A stretch of DNA of 64,000 nt from the human T2T-CHM13v2.0 reference genome, Homo sapiens, in assembly GCF_009914755.1 (NCBI RefSeq), contig NC_060930.1. The stretch is one strand, 5' to 3'. The notes beneath the pieces were generated by a model that was not told where the DNA came from, did not search any database, and saw only the letters and a list, made by a program, of their open reading frames with translations. The position numbers were made by a program, and so were the translations under genes. Of the stretch, positions 1 through 13,457 are shown in pieces; within the stretch, counting starts at the first letter, position 1, and each line of letters opens with the position of its first letter.

Positions 1-2454
1 CTGTGTCCTCAAGATTTCCTGCATATTCCTGTTTGTTCTCATGTTCTCAAATCCTTAATTCCATCAAGCATCCAAGAACCTTGACATAAGAACAACAACA
101 GAAAAACACATCAAACATTAGTTCAGGGACATTGAAAGAAAAACAACTTAAAAATTAGTTACGAATTACACAGGTAAATAATGGATGATACAGAAAGTTT
201 TAACCATCTTCTACCTAAGCTAACAATTTAGATTTTTCCCTGTGCAGTGGTAAGTCTTCCCTGCCAATATTCATCCGGTCATCAAATTACTAGCTATGTT
301 GAGTCTAGACACAGAAACCAGGACCTAAGTCCTAAGAATCTCACCATACGACACGCATGGTGTGCATCTGGTCCCCGCAAGATGATCCCAACCTGGTGGC
401 CCATTACTGGCCATCTAAATGGAAGTTAATGTTTCCATGCCATTGTCACTATTCAAAGGACACATGGAGAAATTACAAATGGCTACAATCTTAAGTCATC
501 AGCCCATCTTCTTTTAAAAAGTAAATAAGACTCTTTTTTTTTCTCCCAGCTGCTCAGTCACTTTTTGTGACAGAAATGCCGTGTCATTATCCTTCAATGT
601 GAACTCCACAGGAAGGCTGAAAATGAACTAAAGAGCTTGGAAAATGTGGCTTGGTCAAGATCTACCTATCGGCAAGCACTCGAGCAATGTCTGAGTGGCC
701 TGGTAATGGAGCCCCTCACAGAGCCTGTCACCAGCCAATCACAGGCATCACTCGGAGGCATTTTCCCTTGGACGTAGCCAGCATCCTGTTTCTTCAAGTT
801 CAAAAACTAAAGCTTCCATATACCCCACCCTCTCAACGGAGAAGCTGAATGTAAACTGTCCGTGCTAGGAAATGTGGTAACAAGCAGTGAGTAATGAAGG
901 GTCCCCGGCTTGCTGCCTCAGTATTTCCCTGACTATTCTTTTTTCTTTCTATCATCCCTTTCTTTTAACTGGCATTCGTTTTCTGAACTATTTTCCGTGA
1001 CAGATGCTTAACCTTCACTTTGCTTTCCTGAAACGTGGCCTGGAGAATCAGGTCTTTTCAATATGCTCTATGTGTTTTTCCCCCTCTGCCAACATTAGTA
1101 TTTGAAAAAAATTTGGGGACCGCATAAAGCTGGCAGGACAGAGCCATCCACACCATATTTCTTTGTTATTTGTGCTTAATATATTGTTGGCAGCCTTGTC
1201 TGTTTTAGCTTGTTGGCAGGATTTGGTCTCTCTTTCCCTGGCACTATTCCCTCATTTTTGAACATGCAGGGAAATTTATTTAGAGAGCTTTCCAACAGTC
1301 CATTTTTAGACCCATGGATGTAAAACTCACCAGTCGACCCTGTTCCATCAAACGGCCAAGAAGCAGTCCTCATTGTAATTAATCATTACAATAATCATTA
1401 ATAATTACTGACATGCACATAAGTTTTGAATCTTAAAAACACAACATATATTTGCAACTTGCATAATGTCTCAGTAAAAACCTTCAGAAGACACTTGTGG
1501 CAAAGTGCAGAATCTCACAGTGAACTAGCAGCTGAGAGGCCATGAGGAGGCAGAACGCATTTGACAAAACGCAAAACGCCTTGAAATGCAGAAGAGTTTG
1601 GCAACATGCAGCTATGACAGTGAACTCTAGTATTTGTTGCATTTGGTTTTAGCTCATTATAAAGAAAATGTGTTGCAAATCAGGTAGAAGAAGCTGCTCC
1701 CTAATAATTAAAGCATGTGTCCTAAACAGGTAGTCAATTTCTTGACCGGAGGCGACCTTGAGCTGATAGCACATGTCAGTTCAGAGGATGTAGTGCAAGG
1801 AGTGAATTTCATCAGTTCTATATAAAAAGAGATTTCACCTTGATCACTGCTGTCTGCTTAATGGTTGTTCCAGTTCACATCTCATTTTATTAACAGAAAT
1901 TTAGAGAAAAAAAATTGAAACTGGTGAAAAAAATTCATCAAAATGGAAAATCAGTCACTGGCATCCCCTACTGCAGCCCCACTATACTTGAGCTAACAAC
2001 TTACAGCCCCTCTCTAACCTATACATAAATCGTTCTTCAGAGTTTATTCCAATCATCAAAACCTGCAAGTACATGGATCATGTACTGCCAAAAGATTCTG
2101 CATTGGCATTTAAAATACGAATTTAAAAGCTTAAAAATATATACCGCATTAAGGATGTTTATCTCTGAGATGTGGGACTGTTTTCTTTTTGTATTCTTTT
2201 GCATGTAATCCTTTTATAATTGGATGAACAATATGTAATTTTAAGAAAGTAGAGAATTTCTTTCCTCAAGTATCAGGAGAATGAACAATCTTAAAATTAA
2301 AATCAACTTTTTGTGCAAGAATTTTCCAAACACTTGAGCAATTTTTGACTTAAATCCAAGGTTTCATGACTGAAGGTGTACTTAGCAACTATCCCATGGT
2401 GCACACTCCAAAAACTCTACTCCAATATGCCAGTGAGTGTTTTCTACTCCAAAG

Positions 2455-2672
2455 AATAGTGAACTATGTCCTGTGAGCCCAACTTGACTGGCTCCTTCTT
2501 TTCCTATGGCCCACAAGCACATAATAATAGTTTTCATCTTTTCAAAGGGTTTATTTTAAATGGTTATTTTAGTACCTACACAATCCCTTCTGCTTTTGGT
2601 ATTTTTGTTTGACAGCAAAACCTAAAACATTTATTTTCTGGCCCTTTAAGAAAGAACTCACCAGTCACCGAT
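2455..2672 (+). mobile_element. MER58-family (hAT-Charlie) DNA transposon remnant, degraded
   Basis: 3' part 'gcaaaacctaaaacatttattttctggccctttaagaaaga' resembles the recalled MER58 end (GCAAAGCCTAAAATATTTACTATCTGGCCCTTTACAGAAAAA); boundaries approximate. Confidence 0.55.
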
Positions 2673-3515
2673 GTAACAAAAAGTGGTCCATATTGAAAGA
2701 ATTGTAGGATACAGTAAGTAAAAACAGGAAAACGTTTTTTCACTCAATCCCTCTCAAGGCTTTAATGTGCTATTAGGTATTATAACTATAACTAAATTAT
2801 AACTATAACTATGCATCCTCCCCAAACTATTTGACCATTTAGAGTTTCCTTCTAGGCAGGCTTTATGATATATTCAAGGTTATTATGAAGTGTGGTGCAT
2901 TGTTATTCAACTAAAGGAAGTTTGCTCTGTACCTTTATAGGAATTCATAAAGACAAGTTACTACATTCAGGTCCCAGATGCAGCTCTTTATGGAAAATGA
3001 CATCATGTAAAACAGTGCCTCTGTCTGCTCAGAGTTCACAATCATTTCAAGAAATAAAAGACTGATTTTTTTAAGTGTAGAAATGGTATGTCTCAAAGAC
3101 ATCAGTAATAGAAATAAAAGCCAGTAATTAAATTTGGATTTATTCTCTTTTTTCTAGCACACAGCCTTTGGGATGGGGTAGAGAAAGAAGTGCCCTTCCT
3201 TACAAAGACAGGAAATCAGGCATCTCAGTTTTAAGAATTGCGTCTCTTTATCCGCAGGGATTGGTAAACAGACTTTTCAAAGTGTTGCTAAGAACCATAA
3301 AACTCTTGTATCTTTTGTCTATCAGGCTTCAGAGAGAACGAGGAATGAAGAAGAGCTGAAAAGAACATGTGTAAGAGATCAGGAGAGGGTGGGGGATGTG
3401 ATCTTGAAGCCCAGAGCATGGTCTGCAGAGTGTTCCAGGGACAGTAAATAGCCAAGTGTGCAGGGCCAGCGCACAGTGCAAAGAGGCACCTGCGAGTTCC
3501 AGAGCTGCCAGATAA

Positions 3516-4839
<1,324 letters not shown>

Positions 4840-5007
4840 ATAAAGCCCTGCACCAACATTGTGGCCCAGGAAATGTCACCAGGGAGGTTTGCCTTGCCCT
4901 GGCTGTGGGAATAAATAGTGCTCTGCCTGTTCTTTGGAACTTGTTTGTTCAGTTTTGATCATCACATGAATGGAATCAATATCATGCACATATGTTAAGA
5001 CATTGCC

Positions 5008-5103
5008 AACAAAACACAGGACAGACAGACAGCAAAACACAGGACAGACAGCAAAACACAGGACAGACAGATAGCAAAACAAAGGACAGACAGCAAACAC
5101 AGG
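5008..5103. repeat. Short minisatellite, unit ~20-24 bp (CAAAACACAGGACAGA(CAGA)CAG), ~4.5 copies
   Basis: Repeats directly visible; they give the repetitive minus-strand ORF (FAVCPLFC.LSVLC). Confidence 0.85.
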
Positions 5104-5640
5104 GAATTGTTCAGGTTTCAAGGAGCTGAACTCTGTGAGGTAAGTTTTACGTATCTACTCATTGTAAATAAAAGTAATGTTTTAAAAGATGTTTTGCCTT
5201 GACACAGAACATAAGCAAGTTCCCTGACTCAAAATATTCTACGCTCCACTACTTCAATTGTTCAGTTTTCGTAACTCCCCAGATCCTTCAACAGGCATCC
5301 AGGTCTGCCCAGGATGCAGCCCAGAGATTTCTGGTTTGCCCTGTTTAGAAATCCAAAAAGTCTGGCTTTTTACCTTTAGATAGTTCCAAAACAGGAAAAT
5401 AACCCTATTTCTTAAGTGTTAGTAATATGAGAGGTAATAAAATTGATTAGATGTTAAAATACACAAAGTATGAGATGGTTAAATCAGACACACAAGAATT
5501 GGAGATTTTAACCTGTATCAGATCTTCCTGTACACCAAGGGATAGACATAACTAACTTTGAGACACAATGAAGCGTGAAGTCTGAGACCACCTGGCACTC
5601 ATACCTCACTGCGCCAGAATGTTCCCTAGCCCAAATTAAA

Positions 5641-5720
5641 TACATGAGATCTCTAGATGATGTTACATAAGATATTATGATACATGAGATCTCTAGATGC
5701 TGTTACATAAGATATTATGT
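5641..5720. repeat. 40-bp tandem duplication
   Basis: 'tacatgagatctctagatg(a/c)tgttacataagatattatg(a/t)' occurs twice head-to-tail. Confidence 0.95.
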
Positions 5721-6479
5721 TACAAAGGGAACTATTTTGATCATAAAATATCTCCATGTTTTACCTTCGAAGATATATAACTGTCATTGATATTTTTAGT
5801 GGGTCATGCTCCAGAAATTCGTGAATTTCAGTTTGGTTCACTATAAAAAATCTAAGTTGACCAGATATAACCTGCTAAAAGCATTCTTTCAATAATGCCT
5901 CTTCCTTATACTAGTAAATGCTATCAACAATTTATGTTAGCATGTTTTTAAAAAGACCTATTAGTAATTTTTTTCTTTGTATTCTCACTCTTGGTGTTCA
6001 TATGATAGAAAAAAATAGGTTATAGGTCAGCTTCGAATCCTTTCTTTCCCATTCTTCACTTTCAAATATCATTTCCTAAGCACTTTATTATGCTAGCCTT
6101 TAAACTATAATAGCTCAGGCAGCTAAGAATTGGAAAATGGAAGCGAATTACAATTGGAGACATGGCATGGACATTAAGCCTGGAAATCAGAAAAAGGTGG
6201 ACTTGAAGCCTAATTGCATGCACACTAAATGATATGAAAGGGTTATCATCTGCATAATGGAGACGATGATACATGGGCCTCATACATTTCCTTAATGACT
6301 AAGTAAAATAATATAACAAAAATTTTTAGCACAATGTTATACTCTTAGGAAAACCTGAGAAAAAGTTAACTATTATTTTGTTATAGTTTTGAAGGTGATA
6401 GGGCATGGTTATTGGTGACCTTGAGAGACAGAAAAATTCAGAAGAGCATAAAGGAAAGCAGATAACTACTGCTCATCAA

Positions 6480-6891
6480 TATCCAGCTCTCCTCTATACT
6501 GGGGCATATGGGATTCTTGTACTCCTTCATCTCCTTGAAGGTAAGTGCATGTGACTTGTCCTGGCAGCTGAGATTCTATTTCTTAAGCAAGAAGTGACAT
6601 AGCCATTCCCAGGTGGAAGCACCTATGAGCCGGTGCTCACCTCTTCAGCTGACTCTTCCCAAGATTCAGTGACCATGGAAGCACTTACTGATGTGGAGGT
6701 GCCTATCAGTAACACTCAACGGAAGCAGCCTAGAATATCCTGCTAACACATCTTGTGAATGTGAGACAGCTGTCCCGAGGATTCACAAGGTACAAAATGG
6801 ACTATCTTTGTGTGAGACCACACTATTTCTGAGGCTACTTCACTGAGAGTGTTTATTATTACAGAATAATGTAGACTATTTTGACTCATAC
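6480..6891 (+). mobile_element. Old MaLR solo LTR (MLT1J/I-like)
   Basis: 'catgtgacttgtcctggc...aagtgacatagccattcccaggtggaagc' and terminal 'gactcataca' resemble old MLT1 LTRs; 5' boundary approximate. Confidence 0.55.
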
Positions 6892-8957
6892 AACTTGTAT
6901 CGAGAGAAAATTCAGCAAATTTCTATAATTAAAGTAAGGTTGTCTGAATTTATGTGCATGCATTTTATTGTCATTTACATTTCATGCTTCCCAAAGTACA
7001 ACCCAGCATACAATGTAATGAAGGAAATGGCTAAACATGCATACAGCGAATAGCCAAATTTCTTCTTGCATTTTGTGATTTCAATAAAAGTGGTATAAAT
7101 GTGGTATTGTACTTAGTGTATTAAGTAGCTGATTTTGCAGACTGATTTTCATCCACAATATGCCCCTTGCACAAAGAGAACACTGCTCAGAATACGTATT
7201 GACAAATGCCTGATCCTTTCTAGTCATGATGAATAGAATAGGTTGTCATGAAAAATTGCTATCTTCTAGAACAGATTTTGAAAATAAAAGCCAATAGAGA
7301 GAATGTCAACAATCCTTGGGCTTTTCAGTTGACGATAAGTAGAGATCAATACCTTGTATTTAAATGGACATGCATTACACCTGCTATATTCTTTCTACAT
7401 TGATGTCAACTTGGCATTTCCCTAGAAATTTTTCTTACAAGAAAAGCAATATTGTATCCTTTTATTCCTTCTGTCCTGAGTCTATATGCATGCTATTTCT
7501 GTAGAAGGTTTCTACAGAAGAACCTTTCTATAGAAGGTTTTAACAGCCAGTGCTACAAACTAAAATTTGAATAAAAGAGAAAGTAATTTCTTGTTAATAC
7601 ATTACTTTTTATTATATTTGAGATGAGAAGTTTAATTGGAATATTTATTAAGAGAGGTAAATTGTCTCAGATCATTTCAACACCTTACATGAAATATATG
7701 TACATATTTATTTCTATTTTATGTGAATAGTATGATTAACTGCCAATCATTTAGAGTTATTTATACTAAATGCTAGATTATTTTTATGTAGTATTTAAAT
7801 CTATTTCTTCAATCCTAAACCAAAAATATATATTTGATTTTCTTTCAATATCTTTGTTACTTATGACTCTTATTAAGCTCAGGATTTAATGGTCCTGGTT
7901 CTGTTCCTGACACCTTATCAAATTTGTGCTGGAATTTTTTCTTGAGCAAACTGCCACTATATTTCAGAATGCAATGCCCTGCCTCATCTCGTGGTCACTC
8001 CTGCAATTCCCCACATCTCACAGCTCCACCATCATTTGAAATGAGACTTTGCTAACTTCTAAAACAGTTTCACTGTTCTTTCATTCTTATCTTCCCACTT
8101 CTGGTCAAGATAATATAAAAGTTTACCTTTTACTTTTAGATTTTGAAGCGTTACACGATTCTAAAGAATTTTGTGTAACATATGTGCTGAGGGTTGCCCC
8201 TCATTGTGTCAAATTTTTCACAAATCTATTTTAACTTCAGTTTCAAGATGGCATTGTGTCCAAAGGGGCTGGGCATGTAAAAGAGTCATGCGACACTGGA
8301 GCATGTCGGGTAGAAAAAAAGCTCCGCTAGGACCATGATGTCTGGGGTCCCTGGAGGTCCTAGCAGAGAGTACGAGATACGTGTTACGGTCATTCATCCT
8401 CCTAGAGAAACACTGGAAAACAATATCATATCCAGAGAAAGGACTCGAAAGGAACCTAAAGATGTGGCCTTAAAGTCACTTCCTCTATGATGTGAGCATG
8501 ACAGACTCTATCAGCTCTATTGTTTTAGTGCAGTTGCTATGAAACTATTCTATTAAATTAGAATAGAAATTTAATATTCTATTCTATTCTATTAAAAGCC
8601 AAGACCCTCATCAGCTGATGGGAGGAGCTGGGTCTTCTTCTATGTGCCAGAAATTTTAGCCAGAGAGCTAAAAGCTTCTCCCAACGCTCAGCAGGAAACA
8701 GAGGGCATTTCTTCAGCTTCTGTGCAATTGTGATGGGGGAAGGGGCAGGGAACGGAGTCACAAAACAAGTATACAACACAACCAGCCTACCCTCTAGGTT
8801 GGGTTGGGTATCCAAACAGCTAGAGAGAGGGAGGCCAGGGAGAAAAAATGGGACACTGACCCCAAAGAAGACACAGGTAAGGGCCACAAATCTAAGAGAC
8901 AGAGGGAGAGAGAGGAGAGAAAGAGACCATTCACAAATTGAAGGAGTTTGAGTGTAA

Positions 8958-8981
8958 CACACACACACACACACACACACA
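8958..8981. repeat. (CA)n microsatellite
   Basis: Directly visible. Confidence 0.95.
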
Positions 8982-9429
8982 AACATATCTTTCTAGGGAT
9001 TTAAAAAACAAAAAAAATAAGATTTTCTTACTATATAATTCAGTAAATGCACTGGAGAACAGCTTGGTCACCGTTGAAACCAAGGTCTGCAAAATCAAGT
9101 TAAGAAACTATTTTGAGGCATACAGCATAAAAAAGGGACTTCTGAAGGACATAAAAGAAACTTGGAAGATAGTGTAGGGTAGTACCAGGAAAACAAAATG
9201 TTTATAATAGGAGCTTCAGAGTGAAGGATCGCATATACAACTATCATCATGAAAAAGAAAAAAATCTAACCTTAGAGTATGTAAAAATTCAATGAAGACA
9301 TTCCTCATAGAACACTGTTTGAGAGAAAGCTCTAGCCAAATGAAGAAACAAAAATACAAAGCTAAAGAGACAAGGATTTGTGAAGTTCAGAGAAGAGGAA
9401 ATATTGGGAGAATATGATGTGGTTTAATA

Positions 9430-10340
9430 TGACACTTGAAAATGATGTATTCTGCAACTGTTGGATGAGCAGTTCTAAAAATGTCAATTAGGTTAAGGTG
9501 ACTGATAATGTCCTTAGGATCTACAATGAGTTATTTTTTTTCTCTAATTGTCCAATTAGTTACAAAGAAACATGCATGAATATCACCAACCATGTCTATT
9601 AATACCTCCAAAATGTGCTGTGGATTTGTCTGTTTCTCCCTTAAATCTTGACAGTTTTGGCTTCCTGTTTTAAAGCTCTCTCATTAGGCACAAAATACAG
9701 TATTTATAACTTCTTTATGTTTTGGCAGTTTTATCATTATAAGACCTCTCTCTCTCTTTTTCTCTAGTAACATTCTTTGCCTTGAAATCTAGTTTGAATC
9801 TTATTAATATAATCTCTCTTCCTTTCTGATGTTTATTGTTTAAGGAAATATTATTTCTAATATTATATTTTCAACCCATTTATGTTTGTGTGTTGTAAAC
9901 TCTTCTCTTGTGGACAGAATACAATTGACTTTTCCCAAATTTATCCTGATAATTCCTGTCATATGATTGGATTATTCAGTTTATTGCATATAATATCATT
10001 ATTGATATGATTGTTTTTAGGTGTGCTATTTTGCCATTTGTTTCTTTTTTATTTTTTGTTTCCCTTTAGTCATTCTTTTAAAAGTTTTTTTGATTATTCC
10101 ATTTTATTTAGTGTATTGAATTTTTAGCTATTTTAAAAATCATTTTTAGTAGTTTCTCTAAGAATTAAAATATGAATTTTTAAATTAGAGTCATCTTGGA
10201 GGTATTATTCAATTACTTCAGGTAAAATATAGGAAATTTCAAAGAAATATATTTTTATTTCACATTCCCATCTTTAGTGCTTATTCTCATGTATGTTATA
10301 TCCATAGACATTATGAACTAAGCTAAACTAAACAAAAACA
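9430..10340 (-). mobile_element. Ancient L1M (L1ME/L1MC-like) fragment, antisense
   Basis: 'ttgaaaatgatgtattctgcaactgttggatgagcagttctaaaaatgtcaattaggttaagg' is typical antisense L1M ORF2 sequence; T-rich. Confidence 0.7.
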
Positions 10341-10377
10341 CTTTATGCTTTAAAAAAATCATATATTTTTAAATGAG

Positions 10378-10480
10378 ATGTATAGATGAGATGATAGGTG
10401 ATTGATAAATAGATGACATAGATAGATGGCATAGATAGACAGATGATAGATAGATGACATAGATAGATAGATGATAGATA
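10378..10480. repeat. Degenerate (GATA)n tetranucleotide repeat
   Basis: Directly visible tagatagatgatagat runs. Confidence 0.9.
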
Positions 10481-10790
10481 GGACACTAATGGCTTCAGTC
10501 AGACAGGGTTTGGTTTGGATTACTAAAGCAGACTTATAGGACCCCGAAGAACAGTGCCTATGAAACAAGTTTACTTTAGGAAAAGGATACAACATAGCAA
10601 CTGCACTAAAGCAAGGACATGAACAGCAGCCAGAGGCTGCCCCACAAAGCAAGACCCACAGCACTCAGAGTGGGCCCTAAGAGTCCTCCCCTGAAAGACC
10701 TTATAGATGGATGCACTCTCTTATTCAAATCCAGAATCACTGACATGCACCTGGATACCTACAAGTCTCAGCTAGGGCATTTTAAACCTA

Positions 10791-11200
10791 TATATTATTA
10801 GTTTTTAAGGCTTCAGTAAAAAAAAAAAGAAAAAAAAAGATTGAGTGGCTTAAATAACAGAAATTCATTTTCCCACAGTACCTGAGGCTGGAAATTCAAG
10901 GTCAAGATGTCAGCAGGGCCAGTTCCTTTTGAGACATTTCTCTTGGCTTGCAGATGACCATCTTCTTGTGTCTTCACATGGTCTTTCCTTATTGAACATC
11001 TGTGACCTAATCTCCTCTTCTTACAAGAAGAGATTCGTATAAGGATGCAGGTCATATTGAGTTGGACACTATCCTACTAACCTCATTTTAACTTATCTAA
11101 CTCTTAAAGGCCCTATATCCAAATACAGTCACATTCTGAGGTACTAGGAAATAGAACTTCAACAAATGAATGTGAGGAAAACACAGTTCAGCCCAGAACA
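10791..11200 (-). mobile_element. MaLR solo LTR (MLT1B-like)
   Basis: 'tcaaggtcaagatgtcagcaggg...cttggcttgcagatgaccatcttc...ccaaatacagtcacattctgaggtactagg...cagttcagcccagaaca'. Confidence 0.85.
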
Positions 11201-11469
11201 CCCTGCTCATCATGTGGGCATAGTCTTGCTATCCAACCAGCCTCACTGCCAGAGCCCTCTGGAGACCTTACCTGGATCAGTGCAAATCCTTGATCCCATT
11301 ACACAAACTACCTCCAACCCCACCTTGCCCCCATGATGATGAAGCACACTATTAATCAGAACATTTAGTGCCTTCACTAGGCACCAGTGCTGTGCAGGGA
11401 CAACACTTATTTCAACAAAAGAGTCAGGTCAATTGAAGCCTTCCTGTTGTGATTAACCCTCAGTGAGGA

Positions 11470-11478
11470 GTGTGTGCA

Positions 11479-11516
<38 letters not shown>

Positions 11517-11549
11517 AGAGAGTGTTTGTGTATGTGTGAGAGAGAGAGA
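11470..11549. repeat. (TG)n / (GA)n microsatellites
   Basis: Directly visible. Confidence 0.9.
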
Positions 11550-12275
11550 ACACATTTCTAGATCAACACATTTCTAATTGTTACCCATGGGATGATTTGC
11601 CCAGCCACTCCACTTACCATGATCAAAAGCTGATCTTCAGTTTTGACTGACCTTGCAAGGTACAGGGGAGAGAAGAAAAAAAAAGCTCATCAGAATGGGA
11701 ATTCCAACAGGAGATATCTAAATAAAGGTGGGACCCTATGGAGCTGGGTTCCCTGATAATGGATAATCCCATTTTAATACAACTTCTTCCCATTAGTCCT
11801 TTTCCCAGGTGACTACAAAGGAAGTTGCCTTATTCAGGGCAAACCAGGGGAGAACAAATACATGTATGTATGTTTGTTCTACATACATACAAATACAAAT
11901 ATATTTGTGTGTGTGTGTATATATATATATGTAAATATGGATAGATTTACAACCACAAGACTGTGTTTGTGCATTGTGAACACTTACTTATTTAATATAA
12001 GTGGTCCAAAACATCTGTGGCCATACGTTGAATTTAAAGTGGTTCCAATTTAAGATGTCAATAGGCACCAGGCAGAGACAAATTCAAATGTTTCCCAACT
12101 GATGACACCTTGTCCTGTGCCTTAAACAATCCCCACAAATAAAATTAGCAGCTAAGTAATTAGACGTCAAGGAATCAAGACACAATGACTGATAGTAATA
12201 AGAGGAAAACAGTTTAAAAAACAGATGTAAAACTCTTTTGATATGATATTTATCAGACATATATGATAAAGCAAC

Positions 12276-12641
12276 TGTATTAGTCTGTTCTTACACTGCT
12301 ATAAAGATACTACCTTAGACTGGGCAATTTATAAACAAAAGAGGTTTAATTGACTCACAGTTTCACATGGCTGGAGAGGCCTTAGGAAACTTACAATCAT
12401 GGTGGAAGGTGAAGGGGAAGCAAGGCACATCTTACATGGCAGCAGGAAACAGAGTGGGGGAGGGGTGAAGTGCCAAACACTTTTAAAACCATCAGATCTT
12501 GTGAGAACTTCCTGTCATAAGAACAGCATGGGGGAAACTGCCCCCATGATCCATTCATGTCCCACCAGCTCCCTCCCTCAATCCATGAAAATTACAATTG
12601 GAGATAAAATTTGGGTGAGGACATAAAGCCAAACCATATTA
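12276..12641 (-). mobile_element. MaLR 3' LTR (MSTA/THE1D-like)
   Basis: 'tgtattagtctgttcttacactgctataaag...aggaaacttacaatcatggtggaaggtgaagg...ccaaaccatatta'. Confidence 0.9.
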
Positions 12642-13457
12642 TTCTGCCACTGGCCCCTCCAAAATCTCATGTCCTTCTCAAATTGCAAAATCAATTATGA
12701 CTTCCCAAAGTCTTAACTTATTCCAGCATTAAGCCAAAATTCCAAGTCCAAAGTCTCAGTGGAGACAAGGCACGTCCCTTCTGCCTATGAGCCTATAAAA
12801 TCAAAAGCAAGTTAGTTACTTTAAAAAAACAATGAAGGTACAGGCACTGGTAAATATTTCCATTTCAATTGAGAAAAATTGGCCAAAACAAAGTGGCTAA
12901 AGGCCCTACACAAGTCCTAAACCCAGATGGGAAGTTGTTAAATCTTAAAGCTCCTAAATCTCCTTTGACTCCGTGTTTCACATCCAGGGCATGCTGATGC
13001 AAAGGGTGGGCTCCCAGAGCCTTCAGCAGCCCCGCCCCTGTGGCTCTGCAGCATACAGCCCATGCAGCTACATTTGTGGGCTGATGTTTAGTGCCTGCAG
13101 CATTTCCAGAGGCAAGCTGTCAATGTATCTACATTTCTGGGGTATGGCCACTGTCTAGTGGCCCTCTTCTCACAGCTCCACGAGGCAGTGCCCCAGTGAG
13201 AAATCTGTATGGCATTTCCAACCCCATATTTATCTTCTGCAATACGCTTGCAGGGGTTCTCCATGAGGGCTCCACTCCTGCAGCAAACTTCTGCCTGGAC
13301 ATCCAGACATTTCTATACATCCTCTGAAATCTAGGTGGAGGCTCCCAAACTTCAACTGTTTTCTTCTGTATGCCCACAACTCTAACAATGCCTGGAAGCC
13401 ACCAAAACTTGGGGCTTGCAGCCTCTGAAGCCATGGCTTGAGCTGTACCTTGGTCCC

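Noticed and set aside
5008-5720. Direct repeats as a CRISPR-like array
   Set aside because: The repeats are head-to-tail with no unique spacers, there are no cas genes, and the DNA is primate
8579-8986. 135-aa minus-strand ORF
   Set aside because: Starts in a (TG)n microsatellite, has low-complexity composition and no recognisable domain
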